Notes: generated by a model from the letters alone, not told the origin. 63,879 bases of DNA, filler included, from Octopus bimaculoides (GCF_001194135.2; 6 parts of 6 records of this genome joined end to end with filler, not necessarily neighbours in it), one strand, 5' to 3'. Positions 26,514 to 39,520 are shown, counted from the whole stretch's first letter. Numbers and translations are program-made.

Positions 26514-27194
26514 GAGAAACTCACGCACGCACGTACGCAATCACATACATACACACACAAGCAAACACAGACATTCTTATACATCGACAAACTACCTTTA
26601 ACAGGAATAATCACGAATCACATTCACAGGAAACGATATGCGCATGTTCAAAAAGCATAGAAAAAGAATAGCATAATCAGGCATTAATATCAACCATCTT
26701 TATATGTAATATCGTCCTGTTACTATTGTTAGGTTAGCCGCTGTCTGATTGGTCGTTATTACTTTGCTTTGCGGCATTTATTTATTCGTTTCCTTATTCT
26801 TTTATTATTTGCAACGAAAATATAATAATTTTTTTCTAAAATTTTATCAAAAATTTTAATGTAGTGACTCTACCGCGTAGAGAAAAGCTGCCATCTCTCT
26901 CATTCAACCTCCAAACCCCCAACTGTTTTAAAAGAATTGAAGAACATATTCATATTCTTTTTTTCTTTTTGTTATTATATCTGTTTTCACCTAACATCCG
27001 GAATACCTATTTCTCGTGTTTGCGTTCATCTTCCATATTTACCTTATCTCTCTTCTCTTTTGGTTTTTCCTACTTAAATCTATTTTTACTTCTCTTTCAC
27101 TGCGTCTTTGTATTTCTTATCCGTTATCGCGTTATTTCTGTTTTCGTGTATCATTTCCGAGTTATCTGTTTTCCTTTAATTCGGTTTATATTCT

Positions 27195-27356
27195 CAAGCA
27201 ACTCTGCCGTCCGGGACCAAACTTGTGCTACTTCAATTCCACAAAGGCGTTCTATAGAGGATTAGTGGAGGGGAGGTGCAACGACGTTCTTGGGGAGAAT
27301 CTCAACTTCGACGAAGAATGTCCCGCCTGTTCAGGACAACTTTCGGACCTATAGAT
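27195..27356 (+). mobile_element. L1/Tx1-like LINE ORF2 C-terminal fragment
   Basis: STKAFYRGLVEGRCNDVLGE..DEE then, after a frameshift, RLFRTTFGP; resembles recalled cephalopod L1/Tx1-type ORF2 upstream of the zinc-binding region. Truncated by a gap. Confidence 0.5.
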
Positions 27357-27456
27357 NNNNNNNNNNNNNNNNNNNNNNNNNNNNNNNNNNNNNNNNNNNN
27401 TTAATTAATTAANNNNNNNNNNNNNNNNNNNNNNNNNNNNNNNNNNNNNNNNNNNN
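27357..27456. other. Artificial scaffold spacer N44-TTAATTAATTAA-N44 (also at 33764-33863, 49984-50083, 60866-60965, 62743-62842)
   Basis: Identical 100 bp geometry five times; the 12-mer is palindromic with stops in all six frames. Confidence 0.95.
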
Positions 27457-28599
27457 TATATATATATACACATACGCACATATCTCTGTGTATGTGTATA
27501 TGTTTGTGTGTGTGTGTATGTGTGTGTTTGAGTGTATGTGCGTGTGTGTGTGTGCATATATTATTTCTACGTACATGCCTATACATACAGACTTGCATAT
27601 CACACGGTGTATTAGCAATTAGAACTTTCTCAATTTCTGTAGGAATAAGTGCTCCTTAAAGTGAATAAATTCTATCTGAATTGACGTCGAAATTCCAGTT
27701 AGCATTTTTGTTATTTTAGTATTTCAAACATCCACAGACAATAAATGTGTAAATCTATGTTGATTATATAGCTTCTTTTTTTTTTTATTTCTATAGTACG
27801 AATTTGAGTAGTGTATCAATACAATTCAATCTTCGTTATTGTTTTTATTTTATTATTTTGTTTTTGTTGGTTAGGATTTTCATTGGAATCTATTTGTTTC
27901 ATGCTTGCTATTTTTGAAAAAAAAAACTCTTTGTTTCCTCCTATGTATGTATTTATACGTATCTATATATAAGGATATATGTCTGTAGATATGCATATAT
28001 GTACATCTACATATGTATGTATTTGTGTATCTAAGTTGACATGAAAATTTGCTTAAACACACANNNNNNNNNNNNNNNNNNNNNNNNNNNNNNNNNNNNN
28101 NNNNNNNNNNNNNNNNNNNNNNNNNNNNNNNNNNNNNNNNNNNNNNNNNNNNNNNNNNNNNNATATATATATATATATATATACACAGTTGTATTTATAC
28201 ACGTACACATACATATACGCATACATATATGCATATATCTAAATATATTTACATGCATCTCTGTATATATGTAATCCACGGTCACATGTACCCTTAACGT
28301 AATTCACTCGTTATATTTTTAAATTGGTAAAATGGGATACAGAGAAAAGAAAACGATGAAAATAGAACTAAATTGCTGGAATTAAAGAATCTACAATAAT
28401 TACTTGGAGATACACCAGACAAAATCGCCATATTAATGTCATTGTCAATAAAACCTGAGACAGATGATAAATAAATCGCTTACCAAATGTTTCGTATCCA
28501 ATAGGACCCTAAATACCCAGCCTCTTCATACAGTCTAACTATGCCGTGTCTATTGTCTGGCTCAGGTGCAGCGCTAATAAAATTAGGGTATCCCGAATG

Positions 28600-29280
28600 A
28601 ACTGTTCTTGAAACCGGAAACGCAGGCTCTAATCTGTGCTACGCAAGGGCAAGTATTAAGAACGAATTTCATCAAATACAGAATAGACAACACATCAGGA
28701 AGTGGACAAAATGATGCCGCCAACAAAATGTCAACCACTTGTTATTCATGAATGACCTCAAACTTCATGGTAAATATGCATCCCAAGTCAGGTGTATACA
28801 TTCAGTGCTGATATCAGAAAGATAAAGCACTGTACGAGCACTTGAGAGAGAATGAAACTTAAAATAGGAGGATAAAAAAAAGAATGCATGGACAATTTCT
28901 TGCGATGTTGAAGATAAGACAGACAGAGAAAAAAGATGGTTATGGATGACTAAAATTGCAAAAAGATGGCTATGGATAACTAAGAGACCGAATTACGACA
29001 AATACAGAAAACACAAGGCTTGTGAAAGCGTTAAGTACAGAATTTGTGGACAAAATTGTGAAACCGTACGGCATTTTACGCCACTATGAACGCCACTAGC
29101 ACAGAGAAAATAAAAGGAAAATCATGATAATATAGCAAGGATTGTACATTGGACATTCTGCTTGGAACCGCTCGAATACTCCGGAAGGTGCTCGAAAATT
29201 AAGAGGTGTTACATTAGTTCACTGGTAGTGAACAGCTGACACCGCAGTACATCTCCAGCGTTAGAAGCTGTGCAAAGACA
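28600..29280 (+). mobile_element. Rearranged, deleted R4/Dong-like non-LTR retrotransposon ending in (ACT)n(AAT)n
   Basis: LKPETQALICATQGQVLRTN; NHLLFMNDLKLHG (YMDD-type motif); MHGQF; RICGQNCETVRH...HDNIARIVHW; LGTARILRKVLEN*. Confidence 0.85.
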
Positions 29281-29301
29281 ATAACTACTACTACTACTAC
29301 A

Positions 29302-29392
<91 letters not shown>

Positions 29393-31149
29393 GTAATAAT
29401 AATAATAATAATCATTGAAGATGGAAACGAAAGATAGATTTAGCACTAGTCTTTATTCAGTACGAAGATGGCTTCGACTCATCCTGTAAATGATCGTTAT
29501 CGGCAGAACTTACTGCATCTAATTGTGTTGCATCAATTTGTACTTAATTTGTCACATCAGGTGTACACTCTTATACATACACACTTATACATGTATGTAC
29601 GGATGTATGTGTGCGGGTGTGTGTGTGTATGTGTGTGTATGTGTGTACGTATATATATGAAACAAGAGCGAAATGGAAAACAAAGAAAATATGAGAGGTG
29701 TTATTTATGAGTAAAAAGTGGGTAAACAAACGTATGTAGGGTGAAAAATTGAGTTTTATGGAGATATACGTATATATTTATTGTGCAGATATACGTATAT
29801 ATTTATATACCTATTTCTACCTCCGTCCGTCAATCCATCCCTATCTCCCTCCCTCCCTCCTTCCCCATATACAAACACAAGAACACACATATATATATAT
29901 ATGTATGCATGTATGCTTGTGTGTACGTGTAGGTGTGTCGTGATATATATATATATATGTATATTATNNNNNNNNNNNNNNNNNNNNNNNNNNNNNNNNN
30001 NNNNNNNNNNNNNNNNNNNNNNNNNNNNNNNNNNNNNNNNNNNNNNNNNNNNNNNNNNNNNNNNNNNNNNNNNNNNNNNNNNNNNNNNNNNNNNNNNNNN
30101 NNNNNNNNNNNNNNNNNNNNNNNNNNNNNNNNNNNNNNNNNNNNNNNNNNNNNNNNNNNNNNNNNNNNNNNNNNNNNNNNNNNNNNNNNNNNNNNNNNNN
30201 NNNNNNNNNNNNNNNNNNNNNNNNNNNNNNNNNNNNNNNNNNNNNNNNNNNNNNNNNNNNNNNNNNNNNNNNNNNNNNNNNNNNNNNNNNNNNNNNNNNN
30301 NNNNNNNNNNNNNNNNNNNNNNNNNNNNNNNNNNNNNNNNNNNNNNNNNNNNNNNNNNNNNNNNNNNNNNNNNNNNNNNNNNNNNNNNNNNNNNNNNNNN
30401 NNNNNNNNNNNNNNNNNNNNNNNNNNNNNNNNNNNNNNNNNNNNNNNNNNNNNNNNNNNNNNNNNNNNATGCTTATGTGTATATATGTATATGTATGGAT
30501 GTATGTATGTACTTATATGGTAATTTTGTATATGTACCAGGCATTTTACGTGTCATTATGTATATGTATGTATATGTATGGATGTATGCATGTACTTATA
30601 TGGTAATTTTGTATATGTCCCAGGCATTTTACGTGTCATTTTTCCTCTAGTTTTCTAGATATTGAGTTCATGCTTACTTAGAGAAACGTCCAGATTAGAT
30701 GCAATTCTTCGAAACCAAACATTTAAATTTTACTGATAACCTTCAACTTTGCACAAGCAAATCCCGTTGTTTATTTTATTTCATTTCATTTTCCCTCGCA
30801 AAAATGCGGTTTCTATATAAATTTTAAAAACTTAAATCGAAATTAAATTCATTAACAATATAAATACTATATACAAAAGTACTGAAACATTTGCCTAAAA
30901 CAACTAAAAGATTAAACAAAATCATAAACAATTTAATTGCAAGGTTAGAAGTTGTGAATGTTTCATTGAAAATTAACAGATAAGAAAAGAACAAATAAAC
31001 ATGTCTACAATGCAGGACAATAATCTTCAATGGAATTCGTATTAATATCATACACATATTCTTCACGTAGAAAACAATTTACCTGTATTTTACCTAAAGT
31101 TTTACAAAATTAGTCGTAACGTTTTTGCTAACAGACAAATATCGTTCAA

Positions 31150-32560
31150 TCGTTTTTCGGTTTTCATAACTCCTCTATACAAATTTAATATCCAAAGTTA
31201 CACCTATTACAATCGATGCATTTGTATCATCGTTGAGCATTACAGTCGAATCTTCTTTAAAAATCTGGAATATATAGTTCTTCACATTTCTTATAGCCAA
31301 TTTCATCTCGTTTGTGTCATCAAATCATTATACAATCAGTCTAATTTTCATCGGTCCGAACAGGTGGAAGAAATTCGGGATTACAGTGGATGCAGTACCA
31401 TCCATAAGCACAATTTGCCGATTGACCAGTTTGTTGCCAAATATGTGTGTGGTCACGCAACAGCAATTTAAATATTTTTTGGTTCTTGCTCGGCCCCTTC
31501 CCTCTAATGGCGCTTGTACGTCTTCTGAATGCCTCAATGTGTTGATTGCTGTTCACAACACAGATATATAATGAAGGAAAATACCATCTAACAAATCAGT
31601 CACCATTACTTTCTATGCTGATTGCTGCTTTGTACTTCTTAGTATTTATAGAAGTGCAGTGACAGAACCACATGAGCTGAATCCTTGTTTCCGAATCGTG
31701 TGCTTATTCCTGTCTATCATCTTCTAAATCGGAAAAAAATGGTGTCATCATTGCTTTTGAAAAAAAAACACGTTTCTCGCAGTTCAGAGCAGACGTTCCT
31801 GTTTTCGTTCAAATGAGGTGTCAGCTGCTGAGGAACCCACTTTTTACTTGAACAATTTTCGATACTCAAGTTCCTTTACAATCAGTCCAGGTGTGCGTGA
31901 TGATCATGTTTTAGGATTCGTTTATTTGTGAAAATCAACTCCTCCACTCGGTGGCGATTAAATTTCGGTGATTGCAGTTGAAGTACTCCAACTCTGCGAT
32001 GTGATCTTCTTGTTCAATGTTGTTGTTGTTGTTGTTGTTGTTGGCACTCCGTCGCTTACGACGACGAGGGTTCCAGTTGATCCGATCAACGGAACAGCCT
32101 GCTCGTGAAATTAACGTGCAAGTGGCTGAGCACTCCACAGACACGTGTACCTTTAACGTAGTTCTCGGGGATATTCAGCGTGACACAGTGTGGCAAGGCT
32201 GACCCTTTGAATCACAGGCACAGCAGAAACATGAAGTAAGATTGAGAGAAAGTTGTGGTGAAAGAGTACAGCAGGGTTCGCCACCATCCCCTGCTGGAGC
32301 CTCGTGGAGCTTTAGGTGTTTTCGCTCAATAAACACTCACAACGCCCGGTCTGGGAATCGAAACCGCGATCCTATGACCACGAGTCCGCTGCCCTAACCA
32401 TTGTGTTGATTTCTTCTTCAAACAACTTGAACCATATGTGCAACCTTTTATTGTTATCGGTGGAGAAAAAAAACAAAAAAAAACATTTGCTTGAAAAACC
32501 AATTTCGTCAAGAATTCAATGTTTGCACGTTGCAACTGTTTCTAACACAATATCTGTTTG
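31150..32560 (-). mobile_element. Decayed mariner transposase, nearly full length, interrupted by a family C SINE
   Basis: Minus-strand motifs in order: QRANIEFLTK, STAITE/RVEELIFTNKRI, KWVPQQLTP, A*KVMVT, NSNQHIEAFRRRTSAIRGKGPSK, FHLFGPMK, FDDTNEMK, YKCID. Many frameshifts. Confidence 0.75.
32030..32401 (-). mobile_element. SINE family C with (CAA)n tail, inserted in the mariner
   Basis: High identity to the 20860 and 39200 copies. Confidence 0.9.
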
Positions 32561-32985
32561 CAACAAATACTGTTATTCTGCCGAAATGAGCGCGCGCGCG
32601 CACACTCCCACGTTCACATGCACNNNNNNNNNNATGTGCGCTCATATATAGCTACATTTATGTATACCAGAACTGAGTCAATCTCAGTATGTATGCAAGA
32701 CAGTGTTTCAGTTTGAAATGCGTAACAGGTAACAACACTTCGATTAATATTCACCTATGAAACATTTACTTAGATCAAATATTATCTAAACAAAGCTTCG
32801 AAGACAGTACTCCAATGACTGAAATCTTTGAATGCATAACATTGATTATATATGAATATGTGTGTGTAAATATATGGACACGCATGTATGAAAATGTGTG
32901 TACACTTGAAATTAAGGAGATTCAAAAAGGCAGATTCAGGTAGATATGATAGTTATATAGATAAAATGATACGTCTCTCTATTTG

Positions 32986-33079
<94 letters not shown>

Positions 33080-33700
33080 GATTGTATGTTATGTATGTCT
33101 TTATGCATACAGGAATATGCACTCGCACATTCATCCGCGTATACTATTCACGCATAAAAACACACACTCATAGATATATCGTTTTCGTATTCATAATTTT
33201 ATTTATTTGTTCTATCATTCTTCCGTAACCTTAATATCTAACGATATCACATTTTCTGAGCAACAATTGAAGAGAATGTCTGTTCTGTTTTTGTATTTTT
33301 AAAAAAATATTTATTAGCAATAAATAACTAAATAACTATATAACTATATAAATCTACCAAAAATACACTACGTATAAATAACCAAGCTTTCACTCATATT
33401 TCTGGAAGGAAAAAAAAACACAACTAAATATAAAAGAAATTCAACAAATCGAAAAGAAAACAAACAATCACACAAATGAAAGAGAATAAAAAAAAAAGTA
33501 ATGAAATGATATAATAATAAAATAGCCTAGAAATATTAATAAAAACGTGACTACTAACATTGATGTAAGAGAATGTATGGAGCAGACAAGTTTGTAATGG
33601 AATCAATGCTGACCTGCAGACGACATAATTATATGTTGTATTCTTGAACAAATACTGAGAACCGTGACATATAACAAGAGAGAATTTGATAAAATTTGCT

Positions 33701-33763
<63 letters not shown>

Positions 33764-33911
33764 NNNNNNNNNNNNNNNNNNNNNNNNNNNNNNNNNNNNN
33801 NNNNNNNTTAATTAATTAANNNNNNNNNNNNNNNNNNNNNNNNNNNNNNNNNNNNNNNNNNNNTATATATATATACATATATATATATATACATATACAT
33901 ATATATATATA

Positions 33912-34076
33912 TACGACGGGCTTCTTTCAGTTTCCGTCTACCAAATCCACTCACAAGGCTTTGGTCGGCCCAAGGCTATAGTAGAAGACACTTGCCCAAG
34001 GTGCCACGCAGTGGGACTGAACCCGAAACAATGTGGTTCGTAAGCAAGCTACTTACCACACAGCCACTCCTGCGCC
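33912..34076 (-). mobile_element. SINE family A, 5' half, young (CpGs intact)
   Basis: Close match to the 47590 head. Confidence 0.9.
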
Positions 34077-34226
34077 TATATTTATTAATTTACGGCAAAA
34101 ATGAATTTCATATGCATACAAAACTACATCAATACACCAAATTTGAAATCAATTGGAACAAAATTGAAGGAAGTGATAAGTGAAAGTGTAACAGAAAAAA
34201 TCCAGTAGCGCTAGTAGTAGTAGTAA

Positions 34227-34277
<51 letters not shown>

Positions 34278-34485
34278 CAGTAGTAGTGGTGGTGTTGGTG
34301 GTGATGGCGGTGGAGGTAGAGTAGTAGCTGAAGCTGCCACATGGATATGAAATGCCATCCCGACCAAAATACTTTGACACTAACAGCTATCAATGACGAA
34401 ATAACGCCACACAAAAAAGTATTTGCAAACATTTGATGATTTCATGTTGTTTTAGTCGTTCTCCTCGTTGTTGTTGTTGTTGCTT

Positions 34486-34526
<41 letters not shown>

Positions 34527-34695
34527 GACGTTGTTGACATGATGTGCCTTTGAACATTTACACTTTCATGCGGCAAGGTTCAACTTCCACTCCGGTAATT
34601 AGAGACGGTCACATATATTCATTCACGCATACACCGGCAAACACGCTTGCGTCTGCGCTCGCATACACGCTCTCACACACACATAAACACACACG

Positions 34696-34736
<41 letters not shown>

Positions 34737-34893
34737 ACATGTATATAAATATCAATAAATAAATATATTATATATATATATATATATATATGCAACAATA
34801 TATCAGCTTATCTATCAAGTTGCTTAGAAACTTTATATACATACACACACGTATATATCATATACATATAGATAGTTATACACACATAGACGC

Positions 34894-34941
<48 letters not shown>

Positions 34942-35223
34942 ACACACACACATATAATCTCACAAACTCTGACATTTCATGTGTCATTCAGGTTAGAAAC
35001 AAATTACCATCTGTAGATCATTCCCGTGAGCTAGTGAATGAATGTGTATGTGCGTGTATGTGTGTGTGAATGAGTGTGTGTGCGTGTGCATGTGTGTGTG
35101 TGTGTGTGTTCGCTATTGTATCATGCACATATCTATGTGCTCTGAGTGTGTTTGCGTATGTGTACTGTTTAAGTATATATGTCAATGTATGTTTGAGTGG
35201 TATTAATTGAGAGCGTCAGAGAG

Positions 35224-35320
<97 letters not shown>

Positions 35321-35674
35321 GAGAGAGAGAATGGTAAGACTTCCTAGTTAAGATATGGAGCAGCTGAACGCATTATTTTATGCTATCTCCCTGTTGCTAA
35401 AGGTTAGACCATCTGCATTTGGGAGGTCATTTATCAAACATTGTTACGAGGCAGTCCGATGTTTTAATCCGGTGTTATACAATTTCAGTGATAGTTATGT
35501 AGACTCAATATGTATGTGTGTGTGTTGCTGACGTCATAAGGGTTTTTATAAACTTTGACAGAATGTGAAATAATTCTTTTCTCTGGATCTCGTAACAAAT
35601 AAAGGTATAAATAATAGTATGTAGATAATAGGTTTAAAAAGTTCATTGGGACTAAACCCACACCTCCTGTAAAC

Positions 35675-35810
35675 ATGACAGGCGTTCTACTATTGGTTCA
35701 GTTCTCTTATCATGTTTGCTTTACCAAAGCCACAAAATTCTTGCTAGTAAGTTTCTAAAATAGACAGAAAGATTTGAAGGGTTGCTTTTAACCAATGGTA
35801 GAACGCCTGT

Positions 35811-35813
<3 letters not shown>
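35675..35813. mobile_element. ~140 bp MITE with 24 bp terminal inverted repeats
   Basis: atgacaggcgttctactattggtt (35675-98) and aaccaatggtagaacgcctgtcat (35790-813), one mismatch; abuts (TA)n. Confidence 0.7.
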
Positions 35814-35841
<28 letters not shown>

Positions 35842-35904
35842 CAAATAATAAATGAGTATATGCATATATACGTACATGTATGTACACACCTACATCTACC
35901 CTAG

Positions 35905-36045
35905 ATGCATATCTGGGTACAGGACATTGCAAACAAAACGTAGACAAAATGATAAACAGAGTACAGAAAACACACAGGCAACATAGAGAACGTTTCCTTC
36001 ATCAGCTGCCACCATTCTAACACTGGCGTTTCGAAGAGTTAGGGC
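35905..36045 (-). repeat. Dispersed repeat with GAAAC...CTGATGA motifs; second copy at 47023-47131
   Basis: Two similar copies in the window. Confidence 0.7.
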
Positions 36046-36213
36046 ATGAAGTATATTTGCCACCTAAATGTGGCAGACCCATAGGGGACGATGCTACTGT
36101 TGTTTATAGCCCCAGGAAGACATCTCTTCCAGCTGGCTAACGACGCACTGTCTGTGTCCGATTAGTATCTGCGAAGGGAAATCATCGTTCCCATCTCTAG
36201 ACTTACGTGATAC

Positions 36214-36254
36214 CACAGACCCGGGTTTCTGAGTAGTAGCCCATCATCAGTGTG
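36214..36254 (-). ncRNA. Canonical minimal type I hammerhead ribozyme (GUC triplet; predicted cut between 36218 and 36217)
   Basis: Minus strand CACA-CUGAUGA-UGGG cuacua CUCA-GAAA-CCCGGG-UC-UGUG: all core nucleotides present, 4 bp stems I and II, perfectly palindromic ACCCGGGU stem III. Confidence 0.8.
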
Positions 36255-36391
36255 TGATAATCACCAGCTCACCAGCTAGCATCACGCTTGAAACTCAAAT
36301 TATCAACGAATTTGTATCAAACTGTTTTGATCCATACATGTAACTCCCAATAAATTTGTTGAGCACCCTTCCTTCGTTTGTCCACTCACTC

Positions 36392-36450
<59 letters not shown>

Positions 36451-36804
36451 GGATAAAATCCAAAATTACAAAAACGTGCATAAAACGGGATATATCATGC
36501 ATTCTGATTGAGATTTTAATCTGTACTCCCAAACTGTTGTACTTAACAAATGCTAAATTAGCGTTAACATGCTTCTTGAACGGAACTTTAAAAGCTAACT
36601 AGAAATAATTATGCGATAAAGAAATATATATATATATATATAAAATACTGTATATGATGATATAAAAGACGCACGGGTAATATTAGATGCACCCCAATTT
36701 CAGCAGCGCATATTCAGGAAAAAGAAAGTGTTTTTTTTTAGTGCATTAAAGCTTACTGGAGGCCAGCATTCGGATGTAGGATTCCGGGTAATCCTTTTGA
36801 GACA

Positions 36805-37100
36805 TTTTATTTGGGGTCGTAAGATCATGAGTTCGATTCCTGGCGGCTCGGTGTGTCCTTAAGCAAGATACTTTATTTCACATTGCTCCAGTTCACACAG
36901 CTGGCAAAAATGAGTTACACTTGTAAATCAAAGGGCCAGCCCTGTTACACTCTGTGTCACACCGAATTACTCTGGGAACTACGTTAAGGGTACATGTGTC
37001 TGTGGACTGCTCAGCCACTCGCACATTAATTTCACGAGCAGGCCATTCCATTGATTGGGTCAACTGGAACACTCGTCGACGTAACCGACGGAGTGCCAGT
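36805..37100 (+). mobile_element. SINE with tRNA/CORE-like head and family C tail
   Basis: gtgtccttaagcaagatacttt CORE-like segment, then aaagggccagcc...ggagtgcca shared with family C. Confidence 0.8.
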
Positions 37101-37165
37101 AAAAAGACTATGGGCAGTGGTAAGTTATGGGAGCCGTAAACAAAGCAATACCAGTTGTCAACCGG

Positions 37166-37235
<70 letters not shown>

Positions 37236-37884
37236 TATATACATATATACGACGGGCTTCCACTCAGTTACCGTCTACCAAATTCACTCACGAGAGATTG
37301 GTCCGCCTGGATTTATTGTAGAACACTCAGGCCCAAGGTGCCAGCCAACGAAGACTATCACAAATTTCGTGGAGTTCCACTGCTTCACCATGATGTGCTT
37401 ACTAGCATGCTATTAACTGTAGACAAGTGTTTGCACTCTTGTGCTGGTTGCAGTAATTGGGCTTTGATCTCTTACGTAGCTGGAACAGGTTTGTACAGTT
37501 AACAACAAGCTGCATTCACGATACATTGATACATTACCTCCTGTAGACTATTTGCTATTCAGGCAACAATATAAATAAATCATAGAACGAAGCGTGACAC
37601 AAAATATGTTCTGCATGAGTTCTGTAAAGGCGTTGATGAAAAATGTTGTTGAATTGGTTTAGTCGTTTCTTGCCCACGCAAAATGATTTTACAAAAGAAA
37701 GAGATAAAAAGAATGTTCGAACTCTGTTTCATTTGACATAACTTTACTGTAGTAACCTATAAACTACTTGTACCTTATCTGTCTAACATCAGATCTTTAC
37801 GTACTAATAACCAGACCAACAATAGGTAAAAATCACGAGTATTTTTAAAAAGATATTTCACCTAACATGTATAAGTAAAGCTTT

Positions 37885-37946
<62 letters not shown>

Positions 37947-38094
37947 CACAAATACCATAAATTTTTATTTACGAACTTATAAGAAGTATATATATTTAAA
38001 AATAATTTCATGAACCAGCGAAATCGATAGTACTGCGTCTTAAACGCCAGCTGTTGCCGTCCTATTGTGCATCATCATCATCATCATCATCATC

Positions 38095-38375
38095 ATCATT
38101 ATAATCAACTATTGAACATTGCTGTCTGGAGTCTTAGAACTAATAGGGCCGGTTTCTCGGTTTCAATGACGTATAAGTAACCGAGATCACGAGATTCCCC
38201 GCACCTCTGAACGGGACGTCAGTCTGTCACAGGGTTACTCACTCCCAACCGAGTAGGCTGGAGTAACTCGGAATGAAATGTTTTGCTCAAGAATATAACG
38301 CACTACCCGGTCCGGGAATCGAAGCTGTGATCTTGCAACTATAAATGCAACACCTTAACCACTAAGCCGTACGCT
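38095..38375 (-). mobile_element. SINE family E (tRNA head, CORE-like segment, CCCTGTGACAGACTGACGTCCCG segment); related head at 52525-52660
   Basis: B-box-like GGTTCGATTCCCGG-type motif on the minus strand plus a CORE-like body. Confidence 0.65.
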
Positions 38376-38621
38376 TTCGCTCCTATTTTACAGGTGAGTG
38401 ATAAATCTCCTCTCGGTTAGGAAACTAACCCTACCGCTGTTAGTTTTACTGGTCATGTAAGTTAACTATTCCGCACAGCTGTAGTATATTGTTTACATAT
38501 TATATAAACAAAATACTATATACAATAAAGTGATATACAGTACAATATAGAATTAAGTGTCTTGTAGACGATAGAGAATTAAATGCCATGTAAACGATAT
38601 GTATTTGTTGGCTTATATTCT

Positions 38622-38958
38622 TTTCTACTCTAGGCACAAGGGTCGAAATCTTTGGGGAGGGAGCCAGTCGATTAGATCGACCCCAGTACGCAACTGGTAC
38701 TTCATCCGAAAGGATGAAAGACAAAATCGATCTTAGTGGAATTTGAACTCAGAACGTAAAGACAGACGAAATACCGCTAAGCATTTCGCCCGGCGTGCTA
38801 ACGTTTTTTCTTTATTGCCTACCAGGGGCTAAACGTAGAGGGGACAAACAGAGGGATTAAGTCGATTACATCGACCCCAGTGCGTAACTGGTACTTAATT
38901 TATCGACCCCGAAAGGATGAAAGGCAAAGTCGACCTCGGCGGAATTTGAACTCAGAAC
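38622..38958 (-). mobile_element. Head-to-tail dimer of SINE family B
   Basis: Two central domains and two different tails in tandem. Confidence 0.9.
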
Positions 38959-39199
38959 CCCGAGTATTGTTTCAGAGTTAGCTCCTATCTCGCAGACAAC
39001 GGTATTCTAATAAAGTTACGTTTATTGACTGATACCTCCACATCCAAGAACAACGGCAACAAAACCAAAAGCGAACATCAGGAGCAGGCTTTCTGTTCAT
39101 ACGAGTAAGTGCTGAAAACTTCCTGACTATAAGGGTGTCGCGAAAGGCCTGGTTGGAGGCCCAACCTTCCGAGTTCTTTTACAGGGCTTAAAAAAATTC

Positions 39200-39520
39200 G
39201 ATTCCCAGACCGGGCGTTGTGAGTGTTTATTGAGCGAAAATACCTAAAGCTCCACGAGGCTCCGGCAGGGGATGGTGGCGAACCCTGCTGTACTCTTTCA
39301 CCACAACTTTCTCTCACTCTTACTTCCTGTTTCTGTTGTGCCTGTAATTCAAAGGGTCAGCCTTGTCACACTGTTTCATGCTGAATATCCCCGAGAACTA
39401 CGTTAAGCGTACACGTGTCTGTGGAGTGCTCAGCCACTTGCACGTTAATTTCACGAGCAGGCTGTTCCGTTGATCGGATCAACTGGAACCCTCGACGTCG
39501 TAAGCGACGGAGTGCCAACA
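39200..39520 (+). mobile_element. SINE family C, 5' truncated
   Basis: Very similar to the reverse complement of the 32030 copy. Confidence 0.9.

Noticed and set aside
27199-27354. Cys-rich host exon (QLCRPGPNLCYF...)
   Set aside because: Better explained as an L1/Tx1-like ORF2 remnant, since the similarity continues across a frameshift.
31366-31470. Exon-like plus-strand frame VEEIRDYSGCSTIHKHNLPIDQFVAKYVCGHATAI*
   Set aside because: It is the antisense of the decayed mariner catalytic region.
39120-39185. HDV-like ribozyme in a GC-rich hairpin segment
   Set aside because: Could not assign a nested double pseudoknot (P1/P2/P3/P1.1) by eye.
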